Source: Myxococcota bacterium
GTDB lineage: Bacteria > Myxococcota > XYA12-FULL-58-9 > JALHOP01
Assembly: GCA_041288095.1 (NCBI GenBank)
Contig: JBGGMJ010000005.1
Location: 1 to 39,659, forward strand
Length of the DNA stretch: 39,659 nucleotides
Reading direction: 5' to 3'
Shown here: in pieces, positions 17,298 to 29,328 of the stretch
How the letters are laid out: the number at the start of each line of letters is the position of its first letter
How positions within the stretch are numbered: the first letter of the stretch is position 1
The notes under the pieces: model-generated
The model's input: the letters and a program-made list of their open reading frames with translations, nothing else
What the model was told of the DNA's origin: nothing
The model's database searches: none
Program-made: the position numbers and the translations under genes

Positions 17298-19181
17298 TCA
17301 CTGGGTCGCGCGCGCCAGGCGAACGTCGATGACGTTACGCGGGTCGCGCTCGGCGAGCGCGATTTCGCTCGCCGCGTAGCCCGGCGCTTCGATGAACACC
17401 GTGGGCTGCGAGGCAGCGACCGTGAAGCGGGTCGTACCCTCGTCGCCCACCTCGAGCGAGCCCGTGACCAGCGACTTGCCGGTCACGTAGCGCAGCATGC
17501 CGCCGGCGACGAAGCTGCCGCTCGTGTCGGTGATGCGTGCGGTCCAGGTTCGTGACTGCTCGCCTTCGATCTCCACGTCGACGACGCTCCTCGCGGGGAC
17601 GTCGACCTCGAGCTCGTGCACCTTGAGATTGCCGTGCACCTTCGCGCCGACGATGGCGATGCGATAGCGGCCGTCCGCGAGGTCGGCGATCTCGAAGGTC
17701 GCGTCGTCGAAACACTTGGGGACGTGAATCGCGCCATCGCCGATGCGCGTCGCGCCGACGCTGTCGCAATCGCGGACACTCATGGCGAACGCATTCTTGC
17801 TCTTCGCGTCGATGAATCGGCCGCGCAACGTCGAGCCCGCGAGCACGAAGTTGGCCTCGACCTCGGCCGGCTCTTCCATGGTCACGGTGCCGAGCAACCG
17901 CTCCTCGCTGTCGCGCCGTAGCCGCAAACGGTAGCCGGCGTGCGCGGGAAGGTTGTCGACGCGATAGCGGCCATCCGCATCGGTGGTGGTCTCGGCGGGG
18001 AAGGTTTGATGGTCGCGCTTCGCCCAACCCATCGTGTTGTTGATGAGGACGTGAGCGCCGACGACCGGCGCGCCGTTAGCTTCGCTGATGCGTCCGACGA
18101 GCCTCCCCGTCTCCATGGCGAGAAAGAAGTCCTTGGTGAGCTCGGCGACGTGCGTTCTAGCGGTCACCCACCGGAGCGGCTCGGCGCTACGGTTGTCGGG
18201 ATAGCTTTCGAGCTCGACGGGCGGAGTGCCGGTGACCACGCGCACCATCGGGTGCTCGCCGAGAGGAATGAAGATCTCGTAGACGCCGCGCTCGTCGGTC
18301 GCCGTGGTGGCGTCGCCGCTCTTCACCATCACGCCCGTGACCGGCGCCCGTTCGGCTCCCCGATAGACGTGGCCGGTGACCTTGAGGATGCCGCTCAGCG
18401 AGACGCGCACGTGCTCGGTCTCGCCTTCGGCGACGCGCAGGTTGGGCAAGATGGCCGTGCCGTAGCGGGGATGCGTCGCGGTCAGCGTGAAGGCCGTGTC
18501 CTCGGGCGCGCTCTTCAGGATGAACGCGCCTTTGGCGTCGCTCTTCGTCGTGACCTCGCCGATGGCGATGGTCGCGCCCTCGACGGGATCGTCGCGCCAA
18601 TCGACGACGACGCCGGTGAGTCTCGCGCCCGAAGACAAGGGAAACACGACGTAGGGGTCGTCCGTTGGAGCGGACAGGACGACCGACTGGCGCGACGGAG
18701 CGTACCCGCTCGCGCGTACCGTGAGCTCCCAGGCGCCGGCCGCGAGACCTTCGACGACGAACTGACCATTGGCCTCGCTCACCTGCCGCGACAGACCCTG
18801 CGAGGCGCGGGACGCCGGGGTGAGCATAATCTCGAACGCTTGGACCGGGCGCCCCGATGCGGCGTCGAACACCTCGCCGGCGATCCTGAAGCGGACCGCG
18901 CCTCGGCCCGCGTCCCAATAGCCGCCGGTGGCGGCATCGACGCCTCCCGCGGACGCGCCGGCACCAGCTTCGCGCAGCACGACGCCAGTGATCTCTGCCT
19001 TGGCAGCGTCTCCGCTTCCGTCACCCGCGCCCAATCCACCCGCCCCGAGCAGGCCACCCGCAAGCGCGCCGCCGACCTCGCGTTGGCTGGTTGCGATGTC
19101 TTGGACGACCTTGCCGCCGAGGAGCGCAAGGACGACGAGCGCGATGGCCAAGGACCCCAACAAGGTCCGATTCGATTTCAT
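17298..19181 (-). CDS. Membrane-anchored protein with several carboxypeptidase-regulatory-like (transthyretin-like) domains
   Basis: N-terminal TM/signal segment. Repeated G.V.D...P..GA and T(T)D..G.[FY]...L..G motifs. Confidence 0.82.
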   Translation of the reverse strand: MKSNRTLLGSLAIALVVLALLGGKVVQDIATSQREVGGALAGGLLGAGGLGAGDGSGDAAKAEITGVVLREAGAGASAGGVDAATGGYWDAGRGAVRFRIAGEVFDAASGRPVQAFEIMLTPASRASQGLSRQVSEANGQFVVEGLAAGAWELTVRASGYAPSRQSVVLSAPTDDPYVVFPLSSGARLTGVVVDWRDDPVEGATIAIGEVTTKSDAKGAFILKSAPEDTAFTLTATHPRYGTAILPNLRVAEGETEHVRVSLSGILKVTGHVYRGAERAPVTGVMVKSGDATTATDERGVYEIFIPLGEHPMVRVVTGTPPVELESYPDNRSAEPLRWVTARTHVAELTKDFFLAMETGRLVGRISEANGAPVVGAHVLINNTMGWAKRDHQTFPAETTTDADGRYRVDNLPAHAGYRLRLRRDSEERLLGTVTMEEPAEVEANFVLAGSTLRGRFIDAKSKNAFAMSVRDCDSVGATRIGDGAIHVPKCFDDATFEIADLADGRYRIAIVGAKVHGNLKVHELEVDVPARSVVDVEIEGEQSRTWTARITDTSGSFVAGGMLRYVTGKSLVTGSLEVGDEGTTRFTVAASQPTVFIEAPGYAASEIALAERDPRNVIDVRLARATQ

Positions 19182-19248
19182 GATCGCGCTTACGTATCAA
19201 ACGCCCGAGTTATTGCGTACTGCGTGCCGAAAGGCGTAAGCAGCGCCC

Positions 19249-21321
<2,073 letters not shown>

Positions 21322-21360
21322 GGCGACCGAGCTCGGCGCTGTGATACAACGAACAGGGCC

Positions 21361-22653
21361 ATGAAACGCCCGTTCGCGCCCGGCCCCTGGCTGCTCATCG
21401 TCGTCGGCGCGGCGCTCGGGTCGTGCGCGATCTCGGGAATCTTCGAGAGCACTGGCGCGCCGTGCCGCGACGATGCGAACTGTCCCGCGGAGCAATCATG
21501 CTGCCGCGGTCACTGTGCTCGGACTTGCGAGAGCGGCGACGCGGTCGTTGCCTCGGTCACGCTCTCCACCGACTTCGTACCCGGCTACGAGTTCGATGAG
21601 GTCCGCGTTGAGCTCGACGACGACGTGCGCGCCGTCGACGCCAACGTCACCGCCGCGTTTTTCTTCGCGGCGCCGGTCGGACAGTTTTTCGAGGTTGCGC
21701 CAGACCGCGAGCACCGGGTCGTCGTCGCTCTGCGCAGCGCCGGTTCGACCGTGGCGGAGCGGACCGTCGCGTTCACTCCGTCGGCTGACGTCGTGGTGCC
21801 CGTGGTGCTGAGCCGCGACTGCACGGAGGTCGTTTGCGGTGCGGCCGACCAGTGTCTCGGCGCCCGCTGTGAGAGTGAGCAGTGCTTCGGCCTCGAGCCG
21901 TCCGCTTGCCTCGCGCCCCTCTGCGCGAGCGACGTGGATTGCCCGGCCTTGGTTGCTTGCACGCGCGGTGTCTGCACCAGCGGCGTGTGTCTGCAGCAGC
22001 GTGACGACTCGTCTTGCGGAGCCGACGAGCGCTGCCTGCCAGGCGTGGGTTGCATGGCGCGCGAGGTCGAGTGTGACGATGCAGCCGATTGCGAGGACAA
22101 CTACTCGTGCACACGCGAGGGCTGCGATCGCGGGCGCTGCGTCGTGACCGCCGAGCACGCGAGCTGCGAAGACGATACGATCTGCGCGCCGGGCGCGATC
22201 GGTGTCGACCCGGTGACCGGTTGCGCGCCGCGACCCACCTTTGCCTGTGCGACCAGCGGCCAGACGATTCCCCTCGAGTGGCGCTGCGACGGTTTCGCCA
22301 ATTGTTTCGACCACAGCGACGAGCAGGGTTGCGGCTATGCGCTCTTCACCTGCGCCAACGAGACGCAGGCCATTCGAGCGGACTGGGCCTGCGATGCCTT
22401 CGTCAACTGTCCCGATCAAAGTGACGAGACCGACTGCGGCTACGAAGCTTTCGTTTGCGCGAACGGTTTCAACGTGACGCGCCAAGAATGGGTCTGCGAC
22501 GGCTCGACGACGTGCCCCGACTTCAGCGACGAGGCGGACTGCGGCTACGCGCTGTTCACGTGCGCCAACGGGGTGCGAGCCATTCGAGCCGAGTGGCGCT
22601 GCGACGCCTTCGTCAATTGTGAAGACGGCAGTGACGAGATCGGTTGTCCCTAG
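21361..22653 (+). CDS. Cys-rich exported protein with four C-terminal LDL-receptor class A-like repeats
   Basis: Signal/lipobox LGSC, myxobacterial-type Cys-rich repeats, and four copies of F.C.....W.CD....C.D.SDE..C. Confidence 0.85.
   Translation: MKRPFAPGPWLLIVVGAALGSCAISGIFESTGAPCRDDANCPAEQSCCRGHCARTCESGDAVVASVTLSTDFVPGYEFDEVRVELDDDVRAVDANVTAAFFFAAPVGQFFEVAPDREHRVVVALRSAGSTVAERTVAFTPSADVVVPVVLSRDCTEVVCGAADQCLGARCESEQCFGLEPSACLAPLCASDVDCPALVACTRGVCTSGVCLQQRDDSSCGADERCLPGVGCMAREVECDDAADCEDNYSCTREGCDRGRCVVTAEHASCEDDTICAPGAIGVDPVTGCAPRPTFACATSGQTIPLEWRCDGFANCFDHSDEQGCGYALFTCANETQAIRADWACDAFVNCPDQSDETDCGYEAFVCANGFNVTRQEWVCDGSTTCPDFSDEADCGYALFTCANGVRAIRAEWRCDAFVNCEDGSDEIGCP
22240..22650 (+). 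repeat. Four intragenic LDLa-like repeats (~35 codons each)
   Basis: Repeats 2 and 4 are also similar at DNA level (gcgct.ttcac.tgcgccaacg...gccattcgagc...gccttcgtcaa.tgt). Confidence 0.85.
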
Positions 22654-24092
22654 CCGAGCCCCGGCAGCGGACCCGGGTCGACCTCTTCGTCGACGTCGGT
22701 GTAGTCGCCGAAGGTCGTCACCGGCGAGTTGAAGGCGTTGAGCATGCTCACCGCGAGCTGATGGAAGCCCGGCCGATCGGCGAAGCCCCACGACAGGGTC
22801 GGGTTCGCGGTGTCGGGAGCGAGTGACAGGTGTCTGCCGAGCGCCACGTTGCCGAAGTTGCCGCCGATGGTGAGCGTTTGATTGCCGGCGGCGTGGCCAC
22901 CGCCGTTGCCGAACTCGCCAAGCCAGACGAGCATGGTGTTGTCGAGCGCGGTGCGGCCGTTGCCTTCGTCGATATCCTGCAGGCCTTTCATGAGCCGCGT
23001 GAAGATCTTCGCCTTCCACGCCCCGATAGCCGTGAAGGTCTTCGCCGTGTCGCCGCGCTCGCCCTGGTCGCTGTAGAGATGCCAGGCGCCATGGTAGTTG
23101 GCGCCGCCGCGCTCGAACGTCGTGTTCAGGGTCGGCTCGTTGAGGAACGCGAGCTTGTCGGCGCTGGGCTCGGAAAAGCTCAGGGTTCCAACGTCCGCTT
23201 GGCCACAGGCGATGGCGTGGACCAAGAGGCTCGCGTGTGCCTCGGCGTAACGTTCGAAGTCATAGGTCGAAACGCCACTGATGATTGGCGCCGATCCGCA
23301 GCTCGCCGGCAGTGACGCGGGGTCGACGGGCTCGTGCGCGAGAGTCGTCTCGATGGTTCGGATCTTGTCGGCGTGCACGTCCAAGCGCTGCCGGTCCTCG
23401 AGAGCAACACGGCTGCGCAAGCGATTGAATTGCTCGAGCACTCCATCGAGCACGCTCTTGCGGCGGACGGCGAGCACGTCGACTGTGGGCGCGTCAGGGG
23501 GCGGTGGCGCGGTACCGAAGAGCGCATCGAATACTTTCTGTGGGCGGTTCTGCTGGTTGATGGGGTCGCCGGCTCCGGCCCAGAAGAGTTGCGACGTCGA
23601 GACGTCCGTCCCTGGGTCGTCCGGCACTCTCAAGTCCAAGCGGCGCGGCGCGCCACCGTCGGCGATGAGCTGGCCGATGACGTGATCGACCGAGGGGCCC
23701 GCGCCGGTGATCTGCCAGTTGGCATCACCCCAGTGGGTCTCGCGGCGGCAGGTGAGCGCCGTCCACGCATTGCCCCAGTGGCCGCCGGTGACTTTGTGAT
23801 CGACGCCGCCGAGGACCAACGTCTTGCTCTGCAGACCGGCAGCGGCGATGGGCGCGAGTACCTGACCGTAGCTGCCGTCGGCCTTCGGCCACCACTCGTC
23901 CATGACGAGACCGTGGTGGTGGTACATGACGATGAGCCGCTTGGGGCCGTTGATGAGTGGTGCCCACGCCGTAGCTCTGCGTGGTGCCGCGAGCGTCGCG
24001 AGGAAGGGGAGGGCGACGGCGACGCCACCGGCCCCGACGAGAAAGCTTCGGCGCGAGGTGCGCCGCACCAGTAGATCGAGCCCTTTGGTCAT
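22650..24092 (-). CDS. DUF1552-family protein with Tat signal (copy 2)
   Basis: SRRSFLVG..VALPFL, PKRLIVMY, SVDHVIG, RKSVLD, DRQRLDVH, LDNTMLVW.GEFG. ATG at 24092 overlaps the upstream stop. Confidence 0.87.
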   Translation of the reverse strand: MTKGLDLLVRRTSRRSFLVGAGGVAVALPFLATLAAPRRATAWAPLINGPKRLIVMYHHHGLVMDEWWPKADGSYGQVLAPIAAAGLQSKTLVLGGVDHKVTGGHWGNAWTALTCRRETHWGDANWQITGAGPSVDHVIGQLIADGGAPRRLDLRVPDDPGTDVSTSQLFWAGAGDPINQQNRPQKVFDALFGTAPPPPDAPTVDVLAVRRKSVLDGVLEQFNRLRSRVALEDRQRLDVHADKIRTIETTLAHEPVDPASLPASCGSAPIISGVSTYDFERYAEAHASLLVHAIACGQADVGTLSFSEPSADKLAFLNEPTLNTTFERGGANYHGAWHLYSDQGERGDTAKTFTAIGAWKAKIFTRLMKGLQDIDEGNGRTALDNTMLVWLGEFGNGGGHAAGNQTLTIGGNFGNVALGRHLSLAPDTANPTLSWGFADRPGFHQLAVSMLNAFNSPVTTFGDYTDVDEEVDPGPLPGLG

Positions 24093-25720
24093 GGCTGTGG
24101 CTCCGTCGCGTAGATCATCAAATCGGACGCCGCGAGCTCGATGATGGCCTCGCGGATCGAGGTCGTCGCGGTGGTGGCGATGCTCGCGATGGCGCATTTC
24201 TCCGCCGACGTCGACGAGCGACCCACGGACCACTCCAGCCAACGGCGGGAGTAACAGCGCGCAACGTCCGTGTCGGTCGCGAGTTGATCGACGAGGTCGG
24301 TGGCGTTGGCGAAGCTGCGTCCGTCGGAGAGCTCGCCGGCGGTCTCGATGGGTTGGCCGTCGGCGTAACTCGTGGCGTAGGCACCGGTCGCGTCGTACAT
24401 CTCGAACGCGAAGCCCAATGGGTCGATTTGCGTATGGCAGGAGGCACAGATCGCGTTTTCCTTGTGTGCCGAGAAGATCTCTTTCTTCGACTTCGGCTCC
24501 TCACCGGGCGCGGGGGTCGGCAGCGACGTGTCGACATCGTCCGGGGCGACGAGGCTCGTGCACATGAGCTTCGAGAGGATGGCGACGCCGCGACGCACCG
24601 GAGAGGTGCCTGTCGCGCTGGCCGTCGACGCGAGATAAGCGCCGCGCGTCAAAATCCCCCGGCGCTCTTCACCGAGTGTCACCTCGCGCCAATCATCCGG
24701 GCCCGTCGAGCCGGAGGCGACGCCATAGAAGGCCGACAAACGCGAATTGACCAACGCGGCTCGGCTGGTGAGCAGGGCGCCGACACCGCCTTCTTCGTCC
24801 CAGATGGTGCGATCGATGAACGCCTCGAGCTCGGTGCGCAGGTCCTCCGCGAGCTCGGTGGTGAAGTCCGGGAAGACCTCGGCGCTCTTCTGCAGTGAGG
24901 TTGGCTCGAGCACGGCGAGCCACTCGTGGTGGAAGCGCCGCAGCGTCTCCTTCGCTCGCGGGTCCTGCAACATGCGCTCGGCTTGAGCCCGCAGTTGCTC
25001 GCTGGTGCGCAACGCATCGGCGTCGGCGGCCAATCGCAGCTGCTCGTCAGGCAGCGATCCCCAGAGAAAATACGACAGACGTCTGGCCACCGAGTGTCCG
25101 GTAAAGCGGAGTCGGCCGTCTTCATCGACGGCGTCGGCGGTGATGTAGACGAAGTCCGGGGACTGGATGCCGAGCTCGATGATCGCGCGTACGCCGGCGC
25201 GGACATCATCGACGGCTGTCACCGCGTCGTAGGCCGCCACGAAGGTCGCGACCTCTTCGGTGGTCACCGGCCGCTGGTAGGCGAGAGCGGCATAGCGGCG
25301 CACGAAGCCTTCGATGCAGCCCGCGGTGCCGGCCGCGCATCCGAGGAGGCCCACCATGTCCGCGGTGAGCTGTTCGGAGGCGCGCTCGGCGGCGTCCATG
25401 AGCTGGTTCGCGGTCAGCAGCGAAATCGTGTTTTGACGGGCGTTGTTCGAGAAGTAGTCGCCGACGCTGGGGTCCGGAAAAGGCGACGGGCCGGCGTCGA
25501 AGGTGGTGACGCCAAGCTGGGCCGCGAGGTCGCGCAGGCTGTTTCCTAGCTCGGCCTGCGAGAGCCGCCGCAAGGGGGCGGGATCGCTCAATGCCACCGG
25601 GTTCGCCTGGCAGGCGTCGATCTGGGGGATCTCGTCGACCAGCCGGTCCGAAATCGTGCCACCGTCGCAAGCGGCCGTGAGCGCGAGCAAAAGCACCGCA
25701 TGTAGGCGGGAGGATGCCAT
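24089..25720 (-). CDS. DUF1592/DUF1588-family lipoprotein with CxxCH heme motif (copy 2)
   Basis: AGGAG SD, lipobox LTAAC, LRRLS, QSPDFVY, RLSYFLWGSLPD, TSPVRRG, CASCH..DPLGFAFE. Confidence 0.88.
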   Translation of the reverse strand: MASSRLHAVLLLALTAACDGGTISDRLVDEIPQIDACQANPVALSDPAPLRRLSQAELGNSLRDLAAQLGVTTFDAGPSPFPDPSVGDYFSNNARQNTISLLTANQLMDAAERASEQLTADMVGLLGCAAGTAGCIEGFVRRYAALAYQRPVTTEEVATFVAAYDAVTAVDDVRAGVRAIIELGIQSPDFVYITADAVDEDGRLRFTGHSVARRLSYFLWGSLPDEQLRLAADADALRTSEQLRAQAERMLQDPRAKETLRRFHHEWLAVLEPTSLQKSAEVFPDFTTELAEDLRTELEAFIDRTIWDEEGGVGALLTSRAALVNSRLSAFYGVASGSTGPDDWREVTLGEERRGILTRGAYLASTASATGTSPVRRGVAILSKLMCTSLVAPDDVDTSLPTPAPGEEPKSKKEIFSAHKENAICASCHTQIDPLGFAFEMYDATGAYATSYADGQPIETAGELSDGRSFANATDLVDQLATDTDVARCYSRRWLEWSVGRSSTSAEKCAIASIATTATTSIREAIIELAASDLMIYATEPQP

Positions 25721-25728
25721 CTCCTGAC

Positions 25729-25756
25729 AAGGACCCGACCCGGCGGAAACGGCTCA
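25729..25756 (-). promoter_or_regulatory. ECF-type promoter TGAGCC-N16-GTCCTT (DUF1592-DUF1552 operon)
   Basis: TGAGCCGTTT-ccgccgggtcgg-GTCCTT. Same boxes and spacing as the motif upstream of the sigma gene. Confidence 0.75.
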
Positions 25757-25763
25757 AAAAAAA

Positions 25764-26555
25764 TCAGCGGCTGCAGCCGATGCGCGCGTCATCGAGACCG
25801 AGCTCGTCGTACCAGATATCGAGGGGGGGCCTCGTGGCCGTGTCGCCGAACAGAGCGGCGCCAATGCTGAAGCGGCCCACTGGTTGCGGCGCCATGCTCG
25901 TATCGCCGCTGTAGGCCAAATCAGTCACCTCGGCGCCGTCCACCCAGAACTGCATCTCGCCAGTCACGCCCGAAAGGACGCGCCACTCGAGACACGTCCA
26001 GCGATCGAGCGGCAACGACGTCGCCGAGCGAACGTACGCTGCGTTGGCCGAGAGGGTGAGATTGCCGTCGTCAATCCACAGCATCGGGCCTTCGTTGGGC
26101 GCGTCGGCCTGCAGCAGACCCAACATGCGAAAGGTTCTTCCAGGCAAAGGGGTTTGCACGTAAGCGAAGACGCGCGCGTAGAAGGTGTCCTGCGGCACCA
26201 CGGCGGTCTGCGTGATCTCGCCCATGCGCACCCCTTGCCGCTCGGGGTCCGGCTCGGCATCCGTGCGTACGTGCAGCGCGCGGGTGCCGCGGAAGAAGCG
26301 CTCGGTATCTAGCGTCACGCTCGCCGCGTAGTTCACGAAGTACCAGGGCGGCGATTGCACCTGCGGCTGCTCGAAGCCGTCGCAAAGGGCGAGGCCGGCG
26401 AACGTGCACAGCGAGGGGTTGGGGGTCTCGGCGTCGGCGGCGAGCTCGTCGACGTCGGTTTCCAGCTCGTCGTCATCGGCGAGGGTGAGGACCGGCTCGG
26501 TTCGTGGTGAGCACGCCGCAACGGCGAACAGGCAGGGTAGGAGGAGCCGGCGCAT
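25764..26555 (-). CDS. Lipoprotein with Cip1 / polysaccharide-lyase-like beta-sandwich domain
   Basis: ATG at 26555 coupled to the upstream TGA, lipobox VAAC, motifs LCDGFE, FYARVFAY, RWTCLEW, FWVDG, WYDE...RIGC. Confidence 0.7.
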   Translation of the reverse strand: MRRLLLPCLFAVAACSPRTEPVLTLADDDELETDVDELAADAETPNPSLCTFAGLALCDGFEQPQVQSPPWYFVNYAASVTLDTERFFRGTRALHVRTDAEPDPERQGVRMGEITQTAVVPQDTFYARVFAYVQTPLPGRTFRMLGLLQADAPNEGPMLWIDDGNLTLSANAAYVRSATSLPLDRWTCLEWRVLSGVTGEMQFWVDGAEVTDLAYSGDTSMAPQPVGRFSIGAALFGDTATRPPLDIWYDELGLDDARIGCSR

Positions 26556-27529
26556 CAGTGCTCCGCTCGCAGACCGAACGCCAATGAGAGACCGGCCCAG
26601 GCGCCCGACAGACCGATATCCGGCCCCCGATCGACGCCCGCGCGGGTGCTCGTGAACGCGTAGCCGCCGTCGACGATCAGCTCCGTGGCGAGCCGGGCCG
26701 CCGGCAAGAAGAAGACGCTGACACTGGCCATCGGACCACCCCACGGTGCCCAGACGACGTCGCCCACCGCCTCTTGGGCAGCGGCGTTGCCGCGATAACG
26801 GACGACACCGCCGCGTCCACCGGCACCGGCGCGCAGGCCCCAACGGGCCCATTGTCGCTGGTACGCAAGACCAACGTCGGCGCCGATGACATCGACGCCG
26901 ATGCTGCCCAGCGTGACGTCGCGACCGCCGTGCTCGAAGGCGATGTCGATGGGCAACGCCAGACGCCGCGCGATGCTGGGTACGACGCGCACTCCTCCGC
27001 CGACGAGGATGCCCGCGTTCTGGAAGGGTCCGTGGGCGCAAGCAAAGGCGGCGAGCTGGGTCCAGCGCTCGTCGAGCGTGCGAACGGCGGCAAGTGCATC
27101 CTTGCGTGCCGCCAGAGGAGCACGCTCGCCGACCGGCTCGGCGACGGGGGTCGGATTCGTCGTCAGCTCGGCCCAGCTCGCCGACACCAGCTCGACGATG
27201 GCGGTCGCGAGCAGGCGACTGGCACCGGCTTTGCCCAACGCGAAGATGTCGACGGTGCGCGCCAGCGATTTTCCCGTGACCGGGTCGTCCACGTCGATGC
27301 GGACGAACGACGATCCGGTCACCGGCGCGACGCGGACCCAGGTCGTACCGGCGCGGGATGCGGTCTCGGAGGAGCTGTGAAGATTGAGCTCGACGAGCTT
27401 GCGTACCGCGGCCTTGTCCGCGATAGCGACACCATCGTCGATCTCGATCACGAGAGGGACGGCCGCGGCCGCGGGCACCGCCAAGAGGAGACTCGCGGTG
27501 ACCAGGGGCCACCGCCAAGCAAATCTCAC
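26555..27529 (-). CDS. Exported hypothetical protein, C-terminal half beta-barrel-like
   Basis: GTG at 27529 overlaps the FecR stop. Sec signal (LLLAVPAAAA). Gly/aromatic amphipathic strands in the C-terminal half. Confidence 0.65.
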   Translation of the reverse strand: MRFAWRWPLVTASLLLAVPAAAAVPLVIEIDDGVAIADKAAVRKLVELNLHSSSETASRAGTTWVRVAPVTGSSFVRIDVDDPVTGKSLARTVDIFALGKAGASRLLATAIVELVSASWAELTTNPTPVAEPVGERAPLAARKDALAAVRTLDERWTQLAAFACAHGPFQNAGILVGGGVRVVPSIARRLALPIDIAFEHGGRDVTLGSIGVDVIGADVGLAYQRQWARWGLRAGAGGRGGVVRYRGNAAAQEAVGDVVWAPWGGPMASVSVFFLPAARLATELIVDGGYAFTSTRAGVDRGPDIGLSGAWAGLSLAFGLRAEH

Positions 27530-28656
27530 TCTAGCCTCCCGAACCGGCGCACCGACGCAGTATGCGGTCCGTTGGGATAGCGCGCGAGATAATCTTCGGC
27601 CCGTGCCAGCGCATTGGCTCCGTCGCCGGCCCGCGACCAAGCCTCGACCTCGCGGGCCAGTGCGTCACCGGCAAGCGGCCCATGCGCGTCGAGTGCTCGC
27701 GCCCGCGCGAATGCGTTGGCCGCTTCGCGCGGGCGGCCAAGCTCATCGAGCAGGACGCGGCCCAACGTGAAGGCGGCGAGCTGCGAGCGCGGATCGGTCG
27801 TGTGCTCGCGGACGACGCGCTCGAGATACGGGACCGCCTCGGCCGGATGGTGGCTCCAGCGCGCGACGTCGGCGGCGAGCATCAGCTCTTCCGGGATATC
27901 GCGCACGACCCGCGCGCCGCCGGCTCGGAGCTCGCCATAAGCGGCGTCGTAGTTGCCGCGCGCCGCGCTGGCGCGCCAGGCGCTCGGGGCCGCGTCGCCC
28001 TTCTTGCGATTCCCGTCGTGGGTGGCGAGCGGGTCGGTCGGAGCGGGCAGCGCAACCTCCGGCAGCCGCACGGGCTCGTTCACGGGCGCGGCCGCTGCTG
28101 CCGGCTGCTCGGCGGCGGGGCTCGGCGCGCCGCGGCCACGCTCGAAGGCGGCACTCTCACCTTGCGAGATCAGCCGCGCGACGCCCTTGGTGGTCACACG
28201 CACCTGGCCGCGCTCGACGCGCACATTCACGTTGCTCTCGCTCACGGCGACGACGAAGCGCGTGCCGATGACCTCGACGCGGACGTCGCCAGCCACCACC
28301 TGAAACTTGCGCTTGGGGTCGTGCACGACGTCGAAACGGCTGGCACCGCGCACCGCGACGACCTCGACGGCGTTGGCGCTCGCGCTGGTGACGTCGATGA
28401 GGCTGTCGTTGCCGAGCGGCGCGACCGTCGACCCGTCGGCGAGCGTCACGGGTACTGGAGCACGCCAGCGGTAAACGAGATTTCCGGCGGTGCCGGCGAT
28501 CAACATTGCGGTGAGCGCGGCGAAGACCGTTCGCGTCCGCTTTTGCCGACGAAAGCGCCGCGTGCCTTGGCGGATGGTGCGCTCGATCTGGCCGGCGGTC
28601 GGCGCCTCCGGGGTGAGCGAGCGAAGCTCGGCCAGCATGTCGTTCAGGTCACTCAT
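27526..28656 (-). CDS. FecR-domain anti-sigma factor with C-terminal TPR domain
   Basis: One TM helix, FecR motifs TLADGS, G...FDV.HDP.RKF.V, VEVIGTRF.V, VERGQVRV. TPR-like AAFTLGRVLLDELG. Confidence 0.9.
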   Translation of the reverse strand: MSDLNDMLAELRSLTPEAPTAGQIERTIRQGTRRFRRQKRTRTVFAALTAMLIAGTAGNLVYRWRAPVPVTLADGSTVAPLGNDSLIDVTSASANAVEVVAVRGASRFDVVHDPKRKFQVVAGDVRVEVIGTRFVVAVSESNVNVRVERGQVRVTTKGVARLISQGESAAFERGRGAPSPAAEQPAAAAAPVNEPVRLPEVALPAPTDPLATHDGNRKKGDAAPSAWRASAARGNYDAAYGELRAGGARVVRDIPEELMLAADVARWSHHPAEAVPYLERVVREHTTDPRSQLAAFTLGRVLLDELGRPREAANAFARARALDAHGPLAGDALAREVEAWSRAGDGANALARAEDYLARYPNGPHTASVRRFGRLE

Positions 28657-29188
28657 CGCGAAGCGCCTCCGCGATGACGTCGTGAGCGGCGCCGATGCGG
28701 CGCTTGGCGGTCGCGAGCGAGCAACCGCAAGCGGTCGCGACCATCTCGAGCGACATGCCCTCGATGTGTCGCAGGGTCCACGCGAGGCGCTCGTTCACCG
28801 GCAGCCGATCGAGAACGCGGTAGATCGATCGCAGCATGCTGTGCTGCTCCGGGCTCGCTTCCGGAGCGATGGCATCGGTGTAGCCCACGTCTTCGGTGCC
28901 GAAGATCGAGAAGAGCCGCCGGCGCTGCAGGCGTCGCTTGGCCTGGCGCACCGTGGCGATGGCGAACCATTGGCGAACGGCGGCGGGATGGGCGAGATCG
29001 CGCAGATCGCGCCGCGCGCTGATGAAGACATCCTGCAAGAGGTCTTCGGCGTCTTGCATGCTCTTCAGGATGCGCAGGGCGATCGAGTAGACGAGCCGAG
29101 CATTGGCGCGGAAGGCGGTCTCGAGCGGATCCGCAGCGGCGCCGGCCTGGTCGGGCGGTAAGCTGTAGAGATGGGCTCGATGGCTCAA
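28649..29188 (-). CDS. ECF RNA polymerase sigma factor
   Basis: Region 2 DAEDLLQDVF..W, region 4 LRHIEGMSLEMVA...SLATAKRRI. TTG start with a GAGG SD. Overlaps the fecR-like gene. Confidence 0.93.
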   Translation of the reverse strand: MSHRAHLYSLPPDQAGAAADPLETAFRANARLVYSIALRILKSMQDAEDLLQDVFISARRDLRDLAHPAAVRQWFAIATVRQAKRRLQRRRLFSIFGTEDVGYTDAIAPEASPEQHSMLRSIYRVLDRLPVNERLAWTLRHIEGMSLEMVATACGCSLATAKRRIGAAHDVIAEALRDE

Positions 29189-29211
29189 GACTGCAAACCC
29201 TCACCATGAAT

Positions 29212-29239
29212 AAGGACAGAATCGCGGCAAAACGGCTCA
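29212..29239 (-). promoter_or_regulatory. ECF-type promoter TGAGCC-N16-GTCCTT (putative autoregulatory promoter of the sigma operon)
   Basis: TGAGCCGTTT-tgccgcgattct-GTCCTT, 23 nt upstream of the sigma start. Confidence 0.75.
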
Positions 29240-29286
29240 CTATGCCAAGCGGTCAGGCAAGTCGCGTGATCTTAGCTCACTTTTGC

Positions 29287-29314
29287 TGAGCCGATCAGAG
29301 CGCCTGGTGTCCTT
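29287..29314 (+). promoter_or_regulatory. ECF-type promoter TGAGCC-N16-GTCCTT (divergent propeller lipoprotein)
   Basis: TGAGCC-gatcagagcgcctggt-GTCCTT, 14 nt upstream of GTG 29329. Confidence 0.72.
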
Positions 29315-29328
29315 TGCGGAAGGTGAGG

